NCBI GenBank assembly: GCA_024763475.1
Contig: JANTFM010000002.1
Coordinates: 1-42,091 of the forward strand
Source: Acidobacteriota bacterium
GTDB taxonomy: Bacteria > Acidobacteriota > Polarisedimenticolia > J045
Direction of reading: 5' to 3'
Length of the DNA: 42,091 bases
The position numbers were made by a program, and so were the translations under genes. Shown piece by piece: positions 1-8,965 of the stretch (within the stretch, counting starts at the first letter, position 1; each line of letters begins with the position of its first letter). Under the pieces are notes generated by a model. The model ran no database searches. It saw only the letters and a program-made list of their open reading frames with translations, and was not told the origin of the DNA.

Positions 1-1041
1 GGATGCTTTCTCAAGGGCCAGGAAGGCGAAGCCCTAGAGCGCTTTCTCTTCGCCCGCCGCCGCACACTCACACTCACGCTGGTCGTGACCTGGCAGTGCA
101 ACCTGAGATGCACTCACTGCACGGTACTCGATAGGCTCGCAAGCGAGGAAACGCGCCGCATCGACGTTGAGGCCCTCATCGACTTCATCGAGCGTTATCT
201 CGCGCACAGTCCGGAGATCGAAGAACTCAAGATCACCTTCCTGGGCGGCGAGCCGTTGCTCGTTCCCGGCTTGTGCCGGGAAGTGATCGAACGCACCCGT
301 CCTCTGGCGCCGGTCGTGCGCTACGACACGACGACGAATCTCGCCTGCTCGTTGGGAACGCCTGAACTGGCTCTGCTGCACGACCTTGACGACATCATCG
401 TCAGTCTCGATGGACTCGAGGACCAACACAACGCACAGCGCAAGCCGTTCCGGGCACAATTCAACCCCTTTGAGCGCACCTTTGGCAACCTCGAGAAGCT
501 GGTGTCCGACGGGCTGGCCGAACGACTCTACGTCCAAGGCGCGATTCGGGACGAGTTCGCCACAATGGAGAGTTTCCAGGATTTCCAGCGGGAGCTCATG
601 CGTCTTGGCGTGCGCTACGATCGCATCGCATTCGAAACGATCCATCCAGCAAAGCACAAGATGAAAGCCCAGGAGTCGTACCTCAGTGCGCTCAAGACCC
701 CGCATCTGCGCGCAGATGCCTGCTGCAAGTTCCGGGGAGGGCGCAAGCTCGTCATCGACCACGACGACTCGATCCGCAGTGATTTCTACGACTGGGATCT
801 TCTGGGAACGACGCACGACGCGATCGGTGATTTGCTCGAGCGACACAGGAAGCTCGTCTTCGACACGATGCCTGCACTCCTTGACCCGGTTTGCAGGAGT
901 TGCCCGGTGATTGGCTACTGCTGGGGTGGTTGCACCAACTCGCGTCTGTTGACCGGGGATCGACCCAGTCGTTTCTGCAATCAACTCGGTCTCACCGAAC
1001 GAGTCAAGCAGCTCGCCGCCAACGGTAAGCTCCGCCTGTAG
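1..1041 (+). CDS. Radical SAM / SPASM-domain maturase-type protein, 5' end cut by the window edge
   Basis: The frame is open from nt 1. The CNLRCTHC (CxxxCxxC) motif sits only 5 aa after the ORF-track GTG at 85. It is preceded in frame by RRRTLTLTLVV with no start codon, so the true start lies upstream of the window. The C-terminus is Cys-rich (CCKFRGG ... CRSCPVIGYCWGGCTNS ... FC), typical of a SPASM/twitch auxiliary Fe-S domain. Confidence 0.8.
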   Translation, partial: GCFLKGQEGEALERFLFARRRTLTLTLVVTWQCNLRCTHCTVLDRLASEETRRIDVEALIDFIERYLAHSPEIEELKITFLGGEPLLVPGLCREVIERTRPLAPVVRYDTTTNLACSLGTPELALLHDLDDIIVSLDGLEDQHNAQRKPFRAQFNPFERTFGNLEKLVSDGLAERLYVQGAIRDEFATMESFQDFQRELMRLGVRYDRIAFETIHPAKHKMKAQESYLSALKTPHLRADACCKFRGGRKLVIDHDDSIRSDFYDWDLLGTTHDAIGDLLERHRKLVFDTMPALLDPVCRSCPVIGYCWGGCTNSRLLTGDRPSRFCNQLGLTERVKQLAANGKLRL

Positions 1042-1224
1042 AACGGGTCGTGGTTCCCGGGCAAGTATTCCTTTCCGCGATGACCAGCAGCCCTTCGCGC
1101 AACATCCGCGCCTCTACAGGGAACGAGTGGTCGCAGCGTCTCGCCGCATGGGCTGGTTCTCAAGGGGCAGCCTTTGTAGAATTATCGCTTGCGCATTCGG
1201 CGCCCATTCCCGCAGGAGTCCTCC

Positions 1225-4200
1225 ATGAAGCGCGTTCTCGTCGCCCTCACCGTTTATTGTCTGCTCGTCTCGCCTGTGTTCGCCCGCACCAAGAAGGATC
1301 GGCAAGCGTCCCAGACACCGGCAGAGAAAGTCCTACTCTCATCCGAGACTTTCTCGGGCATTCCATTTCGCGGCATTGGTCCGGCCATCACCTCCGGACG
1401 GATCGCGGATATCGCGGTGGATCCCCGGGATCCGTCAATCTGGTTCGTTGCCAGCGCCGCCGGCGGCGTTTTTAAGACGGAAAATGCGGGTGTGAGCTTC
1501 CAGCCGGTCTTCGATGATGCCGGCTCCTCTTCCATCGGCTGCGTCGCCATCGCCCCGTCGAACAGTCTCGTCGTCTGGGTTGGATCGGGGGAGAACAACA
1601 GTCAGAGAAGCGTCGGTTACGGTGACGGTGTCTACAAGTCCATCGATGGAGGCGAGAGTTTTCTCAACGTCGGCCTGAAGGACTCCGAGCACATCGGCAA
1701 GATCATCATTGATCCGCGGGACGAGAACACGGTGTTCATCGCGGCCCAGGGGCCACTTTGGCGTGCCGGAGGAGACCGCGGCCTCTACAAGACCAACGAT
1801 GGAGGAAAGACCTTCAAGAAGGTGCTCGAGATCTCCGACGATACCGGCATCTCGGACCTTGTGATGGATCCACGAAACCCGGATCTGCTCTACGCGAGCG
1901 CCTATCAGCGTCGACGCCATGTCTGGACCCTGATCAATGGGGGGCCGGAGTCCGCGATCTACAAGTCCTCTGATGGTGGAGAGACCTGGACGAAGCTCGA
2001 GAAAGGTCTGCCGAGTGGAGATGTGGGACGCATCGGACTTGCCATATCTCCGGCGAACCCGGATGTGGTCTATGCCTTGATCGAGGCTGCAGAGAACGGC
2101 GGTTTCTACCGCTCGCGCGATGCGGGAGCGTCATGGGAGAAACGCGGCGATTACAATCCCACGAGTGCCCAGTACTACCAGGAGATCATCGCCGATCCGC
2201 TCGAGCTTGGCCGGGTCTATGCCATGGACACCTGGATGCAAGTTACGACGGACGGCGGCGCGTCGTTCACAGGCGCCGGCGAAGCGGACAAGCATGTGGA
2301 CAACCACGCGCTATGGATCGATCCCGAGGATACCCGGCACCTGATCGCGGGTTGTGACGGGGGTGTCTACGAGAGTTTCGACCGTGCAACGACCTGGCGC
2401 TTCATGACGAACCTCCCCATCACCCAGTTCTACAAGGTCACCGCCGACAACGACTCTCCTTTCTACAACGTCTACGCGGGCACGCAGGACAACGCGACCC
2501 TCGGTGGGCCTTCCCGCACGACAAGTAGAAACGGGATTGTCAACGCGGACTGGTTCGTCACGGTCTTCGGCGACGGATTCAAGACCGTCGTCGATCCCGA
2601 GGACCCGAACATTGTCTATTCGCAGTGGCAGTACGGTGGACTCGTCCGCTTCGACAAGCGTAGCGGCGAGATTGTCGAGATCCAGCCCCAACCTGGAAAG
2701 GGCGAAAACGCCCTGCGCTGGAACTGGGATTCGGCGCTGATGATCAGCCCGCATTCCGCAACGAGGCTCTACTTCGGTGCAAACAGGCTCTTCCGCAGCG
2801 ACGATCGAGGCGACAGCTGGCGGCCTCTCGGCGGGGACCTGACACGCCAGATCGATCGCAACAAGCTCAAGGTCATGGGCAGGGTCTGGAGCATCGACGC
2901 CGTCGCCAAGAACGATTCCACGTCGTTCTTCGGCACGATCGTCTCCGTCAGTGAGTCGCCCCTTGTCGAGGGCCTGCTCTACGTCGGAACAGATGACGGT
3001 CTCGTCCAGGTCAGCGGAGATGGTGGCAAGAACTGGACGAAATACGAGAGCTTCCCGGCAGTTCCCGAGGGGAGCTACGTCAATCAGCTACAAGCTTCCC
3101 TGCACGAAGTGGACACTCTCTACGCCGCCTTCAACAATCACAAGCAGGGTGACTTCACGCCTTACCTGCTCAAGAGCCGCGATCGGGGCAAGACCTGGAC
3201 CTCGATCGCGGGAGATCTTCCTGAGCGAGGCTCGGTCTACAGCATCGTCGAGGACCATGTGAACCCGAAGCTGCTGTTCGCGGGCACGGAGTTCGGGGTC
3301 TTCTTCACCGTGGACGGTGGTACGAAATGGGTGCAGCTCTCAGCCGGTATTCCCCCGGTCGCGGCCCGCGAGCTGGATATCCAACGCCGGGAGAATGATC
3401 TGGTCGTGGGCTCGTTCGGGCGCGGGATCTTCATCCTCGATGACTACACACCCCTGAGGCAGGTCAGTGAGGAGGTCTTGAAGAGCGACGCGCTGCTCTT
3501 CCCCGTCAAGAAGACCCTGATGTTCATGCCGTCGGCTCAGTATGGCCTTCCGGGGAAGGCCTTCCAGGGCAGTGATTTCTACACCGCCCCCAATCCGCCC
3601 TACGGGGCCGTGTTCACCTACTATCTCAAGGAGGGCTTCAAGACCCTGAAAGCCGAGAGGAAGGAACGGGAGAAGGCCGTCGAAGACGAGGGCGGCACTC
3701 TCGAGTATCCCAGCTGGGAAGACCTGCGTCTCGAGGCGGCCGAGCCGGATCCCGCAGTCGTGCTCACGATTCGAGACCGCACGGGGCAAGTCATCAGGCG
3801 TCTCACCGGCCCGGCAGACTCGGGCTTTCATCGCGTGTCGTGGGATCTTCGCTTTCCGCCGTCAACGCCCGCGCGCCTGGATCCGCCTCCGCACGATCCC
3901 TGGGGCCCGCCGCCCTCAGGACCGATGGTGGCGCCGGGCGAGTACACGGTCAGCCTCGCGCGCCTTTCGGGCGGCTCACTCCTGCCTCTTGCCGAGGCGC
4001 AAAGCTTCGAAACCGTGCCCCTCGGGCGTGCGACCCTCGAGGCGAAGGACAAGCAGGCCGTCCTCGCGTTCGAGCGCAAGACCGCTGACCTTCAGCGCGC
4101 GGTCCTCGGTGCCGGCCGGGTTCTGGGCGAGCTCGACCAGCGTCTCAAGCTGATCCGGCGGGCTTTGCTCGACACACCGGCAGCCTCCGAGTCGATGCTC

Positions 4201-4521
4201 GCGGAACTTGCGACGATCGAGGACTCGCTGCGGGCACTCCATGTGCGCTACGGCGGTGATTCCATCGTGAGATCTCACAACGAGCCCGACCCTCCCGGCA
4301 TTCGTGAGCGTGTCCTCCGCATCGTGAAGGGTCAGTGGCATGCGAGTTCCGCCCCGACCAAGACCCACGTCGAGAACTACACGATCGCGGCCGGGGAGTT
4401 CGCAGACTTCCTCGTCGATTTGAGAAGGCTGGTCGATGACGAGCTAGCGGCTCTTGAACGACGCCTCGATAGCACGGGAGCACCATGGACACCCGGACGA
4501 ATTCCCATCTGGCAACCCTAG
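1225..4521 (+). CDS. Secreted sortilin/VPS10-like BNR (Asp-box) repeat beta-propeller protein, paralog 1
   Basis: The ORF runs 1189..4521. I prefer the ATG at 1225 (MKRVLVALTVYCLLVSPVFA signal peptide) because AGGAG lies 6 nt upstream. There are at least 9 Asp-box-like S-x-D-x-G-x-[ST]-[WF] repeats (SIDGGESF, TNDGGKTF, SSDGGETW, SRDAGASW, TTDGGASF, SDDRGDSW, SGDGGKNW, SRDRGKTW, TVDGGTKW). It aligns along its full length with the ORF at 24604..27903. Confidence 0.85.
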   Translation: MKRVLVALTVYCLLVSPVFARTKKDRQASQTPAEKVLLSSETFSGIPFRGIGPAITSGRIADIAVDPRDPSIWFVASAAGGVFKTENAGVSFQPVFDDAGSSSIGCVAIAPSNSLVVWVGSGENNSQRSVGYGDGVYKSIDGGESFLNVGLKDSEHIGKIIIDPRDENTVFIAAQGPLWRAGGDRGLYKTNDGGKTFKKVLEISDDTGISDLVMDPRNPDLLYASAYQRRRHVWTLINGGPESAIYKSSDGGETWTKLEKGLPSGDVGRIGLAISPANPDVVYALIEAAENGGFYRSRDAGASWEKRGDYNPTSAQYYQEIIADPLELGRVYAMDTWMQVTTDGGASFTGAGEADKHVDNHALWIDPEDTRHLIAGCDGGVYESFDRATTWRFMTNLPITQFYKVTADNDSPFYNVYAGTQDNATLGGPSRTTSRNGIVNADWFVTVFGDGFKTVVDPEDPNIVYSQWQYGGLVRFDKRSGEIVEIQPQPGKGENALRWNWDSALMISPHSATRLYFGANRLFRSDDRGDSWRPLGGDLTRQIDRNKLKVMGRVWSIDAVAKNDSTSFFGTIVSVSESPLVEGLLYVGTDDGLVQVSGDGGKNWTKYESFPAVPEGSYVNQLQASLHEVDTLYAAFNNHKQGDFTPYLLKSRDRGKTWTSIAGDLPERGSVYSIVEDHVNPKLLFAGTEFGVFFTVDGGTKWVQLSAGIPPVAARELDIQRRENDLVVGSFGRGIFILDDYTPLRQVSEEVLKSDALLFPVKKTLMFMPSAQYGLPGKAFQGSDFYTAPNPPYGAVFTYYLKEGFKTLKAERKEREKAVEDEGGTLEYPSWEDLRLEAAEPDPAVVLTIRDRTGQVIRRLTGPADSGFHRVSWDLRFPPSTPARLDPPPHDPWGPPPSGPMVAPGEYTVSLARLSGGSLLPLAEAQSFETVPLGRATLEAKDKQAVLAFERKTADLQRAVLGAGRVLGELDQRLKLIRRALLDTPAASESMLAELATIEDSLRALHVRYGGDSIVRSHNEPDPPGIRERVLRIVKGQWHASSAPTKTHVENYTIAAGEFADFLVDLRRLVDDELAALERRLDSTGAPWTPGRIPIWQP

Positions 4522-4636
4522 CGCATCCCGCGATCGGCTGGTGATCACGTAAATGACGAATCTCTCGCTGGGTCTTGCTTTGAACGATGTATCCGCAAAC
4601 GGGCACGGCCTACCATGCCCCGATGAGATGAGGTGA

Positions 4637-6532
4637 ATGATGAAGAATCTGACGACCCTGGCGCTGCTGCTCTTCGTTCTGGCGAGCATCCCGCTCCCAG
4701 CACTTGCAGAGGCACCCGCCAAGCAGACAGAGGAGAAGCTCTACTACGAGACTCGCGACGATGTCCCCGAGGCCTACCGCTGGAAGCTCGAAGATATCTT
4801 CGACTCTCTCGATAGCTGGGATACGGCCGCGGGTGCGTTCGAATCCAAGTTACCTGAACTCGCTCGCTTCAAGGGCAAGCTGGCCGACTCCGCGGACAGC
4901 CTCGCCAGCGCACTTGACCTGCGCTACGAACTCGAGCGGTCCCTGGACGACCTATACGTCTATGCATCCCAGTGGCAAACAAGCGATACGCGGAATGCCA
5001 CCGCGAACCAGTATCAGGGTCGTGCGCAACAGCTCGCAGCGAAATTCGGCCAGGCCACTGCGTTCATCGCGCCGGAGCTGACCCAGATTCCTGACGATCG
5101 GCTGCAAGCCTATCTGAAGCAGGAGAGGGTGAAGGTCTATTCCCACGTCATCGCGGACATTCTCCGCAGCCGGGAGCATCTCCGCTCGGACGAAGTCGAG
5201 CAGGTCCTCGCGGCGGCCTCTCTGCTGACCGGCGCCCCTGTCGGCATCTACCAGGGACTGGTCAGCGCGGATATTTCCTGGCCGGAGTTCAAGGCGGAGA
5301 ATGGCCAGCAGACCCGTGCGATCCCAGCCCTCTTCTACACCTTCATGGGAAGCCAGGATCGGCGGGTGCGTCGCGATGCCGCGCTCGCGCTCTTCGGCAG
5401 CTATGACCAATTCGGCCACGCGCTGGCCAAGACTTATGCCGCATCCGTCAACAAGGACGTGTGGTTGGCGAAGACGCGCCACTATGGCTCGAGTCTCGAG
5501 ATGGCCCTCGATCAGAGCAACGTGCCGCGGGGCGTCGTGGACAATCTGGTTGCGACTGTGCACGAGAACGCCGATGCAGTCCACGACTACGTCGCTCTGC
5601 GCAAGCAGCTCCTCGGCATCGAGGAGTTCCATATCTACGACCTCTACGTCAGCATGGTGCCCGAGGCCGAGAAGCGTTATCGCTTCGACGAGGGCTGGGC
5701 CCTCGCGATGAGCTTCTGGAAAGAGACCTACGGCAACGAATACGCCGGCGTTGCGGCCAAGGCTCTTGCCGATCGCTGGGTCGACGTATACCCCAACGCT
5801 GGCAAGCAGGGTGGGGCCTATTCCTGGGGCAGCTACAACAGCCACCCTTACCTCTTCCTCAATTGGGGGGGCACCCTCGAGGATGTCTTCACGCTGGTCC
5901 ACGAGATGGGTCATTCGATCCACACCTATCTTGCCAACGAAGCCAACCCCTCCCACGACGCGAACTATGGTCTCTTCGTGGCTGAGGTCGCATCCGTCGC
6001 GTCCGAGAGTCTCTTCTTCGAGTGGCTCTACGAGCGCACAAGTGATCCAACGGAGCGGTTATCGCTGCTCAACCTGAGAATGAACAACATCACGGGTACC
6101 TTCCTACGGCAGATCTTCTTCCACGAGTTCGAGGCCTCGGCCCATGCCGCAGCCGAGGCTGGACAGGCGCTGACCAAGGACGCCCTTGGCAAGATCTGGG
6201 GTGACCTGTGGCTTGCCTACTACGGCGACGGAGCAACCCTCGACGAGGAGTACCGAGCCGGATGGGCTCGCATTCCCCACTTCTACCGCAGCTTCTACGT
6301 GTTGAAATACGCGACATCTTTCGCCGCGGGAGAGGCGATCGCGAGCCGAGTCCGTTCCGGTGACAAGAGCGCGGTCCAGGACTACCTCGCCGCCCTGAAG
6401 CTGGGAGGAAGCGTCTATCCGATGGATGCGATCAAGCGGGCGGGCGTCGATCTGAACGATCCCAAGGTGATTCGCGCCGTAATGGACCGCTACCGCGAGA
6501 TCCTTGACGAGATGAAGAAGCTGCGTCCGTAA
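4637..6532 (+). CDS. pepF: Oligoendopeptidase F-like M3B zinc metallopeptidase with N-terminal signal peptide
   Basis: 631-aa ORF with HEXXH zinc motif (LVHEMGHSIH). Overall length and layout match the M3B family. The N-terminus MMKNLTTLALLLFVLASIPLPALA looks like a Sec signal. Confidence 0.85.
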   Translation: MMKNLTTLALLLFVLASIPLPALAEAPAKQTEEKLYYETRDDVPEAYRWKLEDIFDSLDSWDTAAGAFESKLPELARFKGKLADSADSLASALDLRYELERSLDDLYVYASQWQTSDTRNATANQYQGRAQQLAAKFGQATAFIAPELTQIPDDRLQAYLKQERVKVYSHVIADILRSREHLRSDEVEQVLAAASLLTGAPVGIYQGLVSADISWPEFKAENGQQTRAIPALFYTFMGSQDRRVRRDAALALFGSYDQFGHALAKTYAASVNKDVWLAKTRHYGSSLEMALDQSNVPRGVVDNLVATVHENADAVHDYVALRKQLLGIEEFHIYDLYVSMVPEAEKRYRFDEGWALAMSFWKETYGNEYAGVAAKALADRWVDVYPNAGKQGGAYSWGSYNSHPYLFLNWGGTLEDVFTLVHEMGHSIHTYLANEANPSHDANYGLFVAEVASVASESLFFEWLYERTSDPTERLSLLNLRMNNITGTFLRQIFFHEFEASAHAAAEAGQALTKDALGKIWGDLWLAYYGDGATLDEEYRAGWARIPHFYRSFYVLKYATSFAAGEAIASRVRSGDKSAVQDYLAALKLGGSVYPMDAIKRAGVDLNDPKVIRAVMDRYREILDEMKKLRP

Positions 6533-6568
6533 CCTAAAGACATTTAGTGATTTAATGGCAGAATAGCC

Positions 6569-6596
6569 GCTGGGGCACGGAGTCTCGTGCCCCAGC
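6569..6596 (+). terminator. GC-rich hairpin downstream of pepF (terminator-like, no U-tract)
   Basis: An 11-bp perfect stem gctggggcacg / cgtgccccagc with a 6-nt loop, about 35 nt after the pepF stop. There is no T-run, so intrinsic-terminator status is uncertain. Confidence 0.35.
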
Positions 6597-6697
6597 CGCG
6601 AACGCGAGGAGCGTTTTCAGCTTGTATCCGAATCGAATTTTGTGCATCTTCTCAAAACAGGCCGCCTCTCCGGCGGCCTATCGCTTGGGGACCGTCC

Positions 6698-6955
6698 ATG
6701 ACGAAGCGCTGTATCGCGGTATTCCTTTTCGGAGCCGCACTCGCGACCCTCCTGACAGCCGCAGCGATGACCACACTCGCCGCACCCCGCAGCCTGATCT
6801 CGCGTCCGTTCGACTGCACGCGATGCTCAGAGGTCTGCGAGCAGCTCTGCTCGCCAGCAGACCCCGATCCCCTCGACGCGATCGATGACTATCGTCCGCT
6901 CCCGGCGAATTCGTACCGATGCGATCCTGAGGACGGCTTCTGTGCCCGCCCCTGA
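6698..6955 (+). CDS. Small secreted cysteine-rich acidic protein (85 aa precursor, 6 Cys in the mature part)
   Basis: The ATG at 6698 lies inside ORF 6587..6955. The N-terminus MTKRCIAVFLFGAALATLLTAAAMTTLA-APRS is signal-peptide-like. The mature region carries CxxCxxxCxxxC ... CxxxxxxC. Third-codon positions are strongly G/C-biased like the neighbouring genes. I recognise no family. Confidence 0.55.
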   Translation: MTKRCIAVFLFGAALATLLTAAAMTTLAAPRSLISRPFDCTRCSEVCEQLCSPADPDPLDAIDDYRPLPANSYRCDPEDGFCARP

Positions 6956-7020
6956 TGTCTTGAGGCGCAAGTGGAGAGCAAAACTGGGGTAATCTGGACG
7001 GTGAAACAAAGGAGACTGTC

Positions 7021-7599
7021 ATGAGCCAGAGCCTGAGAGGGACCCAGACCGAGAAGAACTTGTTGACCGCTTTTGCGGGTGAGTCACAAGCCCGGAATCG
7101 CTATACCTACTATGCCGGCGCAGCCCGCAAGGAGGGATTGATCCAGATCGCATCGATTTTTCAGGAGACCGCAGAGCAGGAGAAGGAGCACGCGAAACGT
7201 TTCTTCAAGTTTCTGGAAGGTGGCGAGGTCAAGATCACGGAGACCTTTCCTGCGGGGACTATTGGAGACACGCTGAAGAACCTCGAAGCTGCGGCAGCTG
7301 GGGAAGAGCACGAATGGACCGAGATGTACCCCGCCATGGCGAAGGTCGCCCGCGAGGAAGGTTTCGAGAAGATCGCGCTGGCCTTTGAGGCGATCTGCGT
7401 TGCAGAAAAGCAGCATGGCAAACGTTATCGGGATCTTGCCGCGAACCTCAAGGCGGGACGTGTGTTCAAGCGCGATGGAAAGGTCGTCTGGCGCTGCTTG
7501 AACTGTGGTTACCTCCACGAGGCGGACGAGGCACCGACGGTGTGTCCGGCCTGCTTGCACCCTCAGTCCTATTTCGAGCTTCTGGGAGAGAATTGGTAG
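7021..7599 (+). CDS. rbr: Rubrerythrin
   Basis: N-terminal ferritin-like di-iron domain (TEKNLLTAFAGESQARNRYTYYA ... EEHEWTEMYP) plus a C-terminal rubredoxin-like CxxC...CxxC (WRCLNCGY ... VCPACLHP). AAGGAG RBS upstream. Confidence 0.95.
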   Translation: MSQSLRGTQTEKNLLTAFAGESQARNRYTYYAGAARKEGLIQIASIFQETAEQEKEHAKRFFKFLEGGEVKITETFPAGTIGDTLKNLEAAAAGEEHEWTEMYPAMAKVAREEGFEKIALAFEAICVAEKQHGKRYRDLAANLKAGRVFKRDGKVVWRCLNCGYLHEADEAPTVCPACLHPQSYFELLGENW

Positions 7600-7624
7600 A
7601 GACCTGCTTGTCCTCCGTCGCGAA

Positions 7625-7735
7625 GGCTGCGGAGCGCGGCCGGGATTCGTGCCTGGAGGCCACCCCGCGGAGGAACTCCAACTCTGAACTGCAGCGGCTG
7701 CGGAGACCTGCCGAGATCAGAGCCTGGAGGCCACC
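7625..7735. repeat. Two copies of a 40-bp direct repeat (period 71 bp) in a convergent intergenic region
   Basis: ggctgcggagCGCGGccgGgatTcGTgcctggaggccacc (7625-7664) versus ggctgcggagACCTGccgAgatCaGAgcctggaggccacc (7696-7735). Confidence 0.7.
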
Positions 7736-7882
7736 TTGGGGGAGTCTCCGGCCCGAGTTGAAGCAACTGCAAAGACACGACGACATCGGAGCTGTCCGGA
7801 CTCCCGTTCTCCTCTTCTCGTTGTGGTCTTCTCCTAAGGCGTTCATGAAGCGGCGGGCTTGAGCTGCTTTCTCGTTCCCCGG

Positions 7883-8932
7883 CTATCGGAGCGCGGGCTG
7901 CCTGGCTTCATCGGACGGGACCGGGCGGCCTCGCAAGTCCTCGACCAGGCGCATGAGAAGCTTCTCGAAAGTCTCGGCGCTCGTTGAGCGGGGATTCTCG
8001 ATGATCCTGTCCAGCTCCTCGTCCCGGCCCAGAAGAGGCTTGAGTTCGACACTCCAGGCGAGCGGCGCATGGCCTGGAACCGTCGTCTCGGCGAAGCGCC
8101 GGACAAGTTCCTCCAGAATGGCCAGGTCGTGTGTGACCAGTTCCTCCCTCCGGTTGATCTGCATCATCATGGCCGCCAGGGCATTCATGTTCTGCCAGAT
8201 GTGAAGCCCGTCGCTCGGGTCGGCGGTCTCGCCGAGCTCGATCCATTCCTTGAGGCGGGTCTCCAGCAACATCAGCTGGCAGCGATCGCTCAACCGGATC
8301 CGGGTGCGAATGCCCGAGTGAAGCAGTACGGCGACAGCATCTCCTGCGACCTCGAGTCTATTGCGGAGCTCACCCTTCGCCGGATCGCCACCGCGGGAGA
8401 CGGCGACGTGAAACGCCTGAAACGCCCTGCGCAACTCGGCGCTGGCCGAGGCGGAGTTCAAGCCCCCCAGCTGGCAGGGCTGCGCAACGACCTCGCAGGC
8501 TCGGGACTCCAAGGCGATCGCGGCCTTGACGAAGGCTCCCAGTGCCTGGTTGCAGTTGCCGATGATCAAGTTCGAATAGGCAGAGGAGTCCAGGTTGTCG
8601 AGGTTTGTACGCCAATGGGACATTTCCATCTTGGAAATGAAGCAGTGATCCGCTACCAGGCGGATGCGAGCTTCGTCTGAACCCTCGGGTGCTTCCTGAG
8701 AAGGACTCTGCGGACTGGCCCCTTCGTAGGCGAGAAGGAACTGGCCCAGAAGGCCGATCACACAGTCGAGGATGCGCTTGACCCGTGGCAACAGATCCTG
8801 CTTCACGGACTCGCCATCGCGAGCCTCAGGATCTCCGATCTCGAGGGCGATCGCGATGCTCACCAGATCTCGCAGCGCTCCAAGAAGCGCCGGGGTCCTG
8901 AACCTCACCGGTCCGAATCCGTCAGACATCAC
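7883..8932 (-). CDS. Hypothetical protein (349 aa, apparently all-helical), last gene of the sugar/glycosyltransferase operon
   Basis: Long ORF with GC3-biased codons. It starts 33 nt after the stop of the upstream glycosyltransferase on the same strand. I see no recognisable motif. Confidence 0.6.
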   Translation of the reverse strand: MMSDGFGPVRFRTPALLGALRDLVSIAIALEIGDPEARDGESVKQDLLPRVKRILDCVIGLLGQFLLAYEGASPQSPSQEAPEGSDEARIRLVADHCFISKMEMSHWRTNLDNLDSSAYSNLIIGNCNQALGAFVKAAIALESRACEVVAQPCQLGGLNSASASAELRRAFQAFHVAVSRGGDPAKGELRNRLEVAGDAVAVLLHSGIRTRIRLSDRCQLMLLETRLKEWIELGETADPSDGLHIWQNMNALAAMMMQINRREELVTHDLAILEELVRRFAETTVPGHAPLAWSVELKPLLGRDEELDRIIENPRSTSAETFEKLLMRLVEDLRGRPVPSDEARQPALR

Positions 8933-8965
8933 TGTGTCCCGCGCGCAGCAACGAGCGTCCGTTCT

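Noticed and set aside
4835-4846. A tRNA T-loop-like string gcgttcgaatcc
   Set aside because: The flanks cannot form a T-stem or acceptor stem, and it lies inside the well-supported pepF coding frame.
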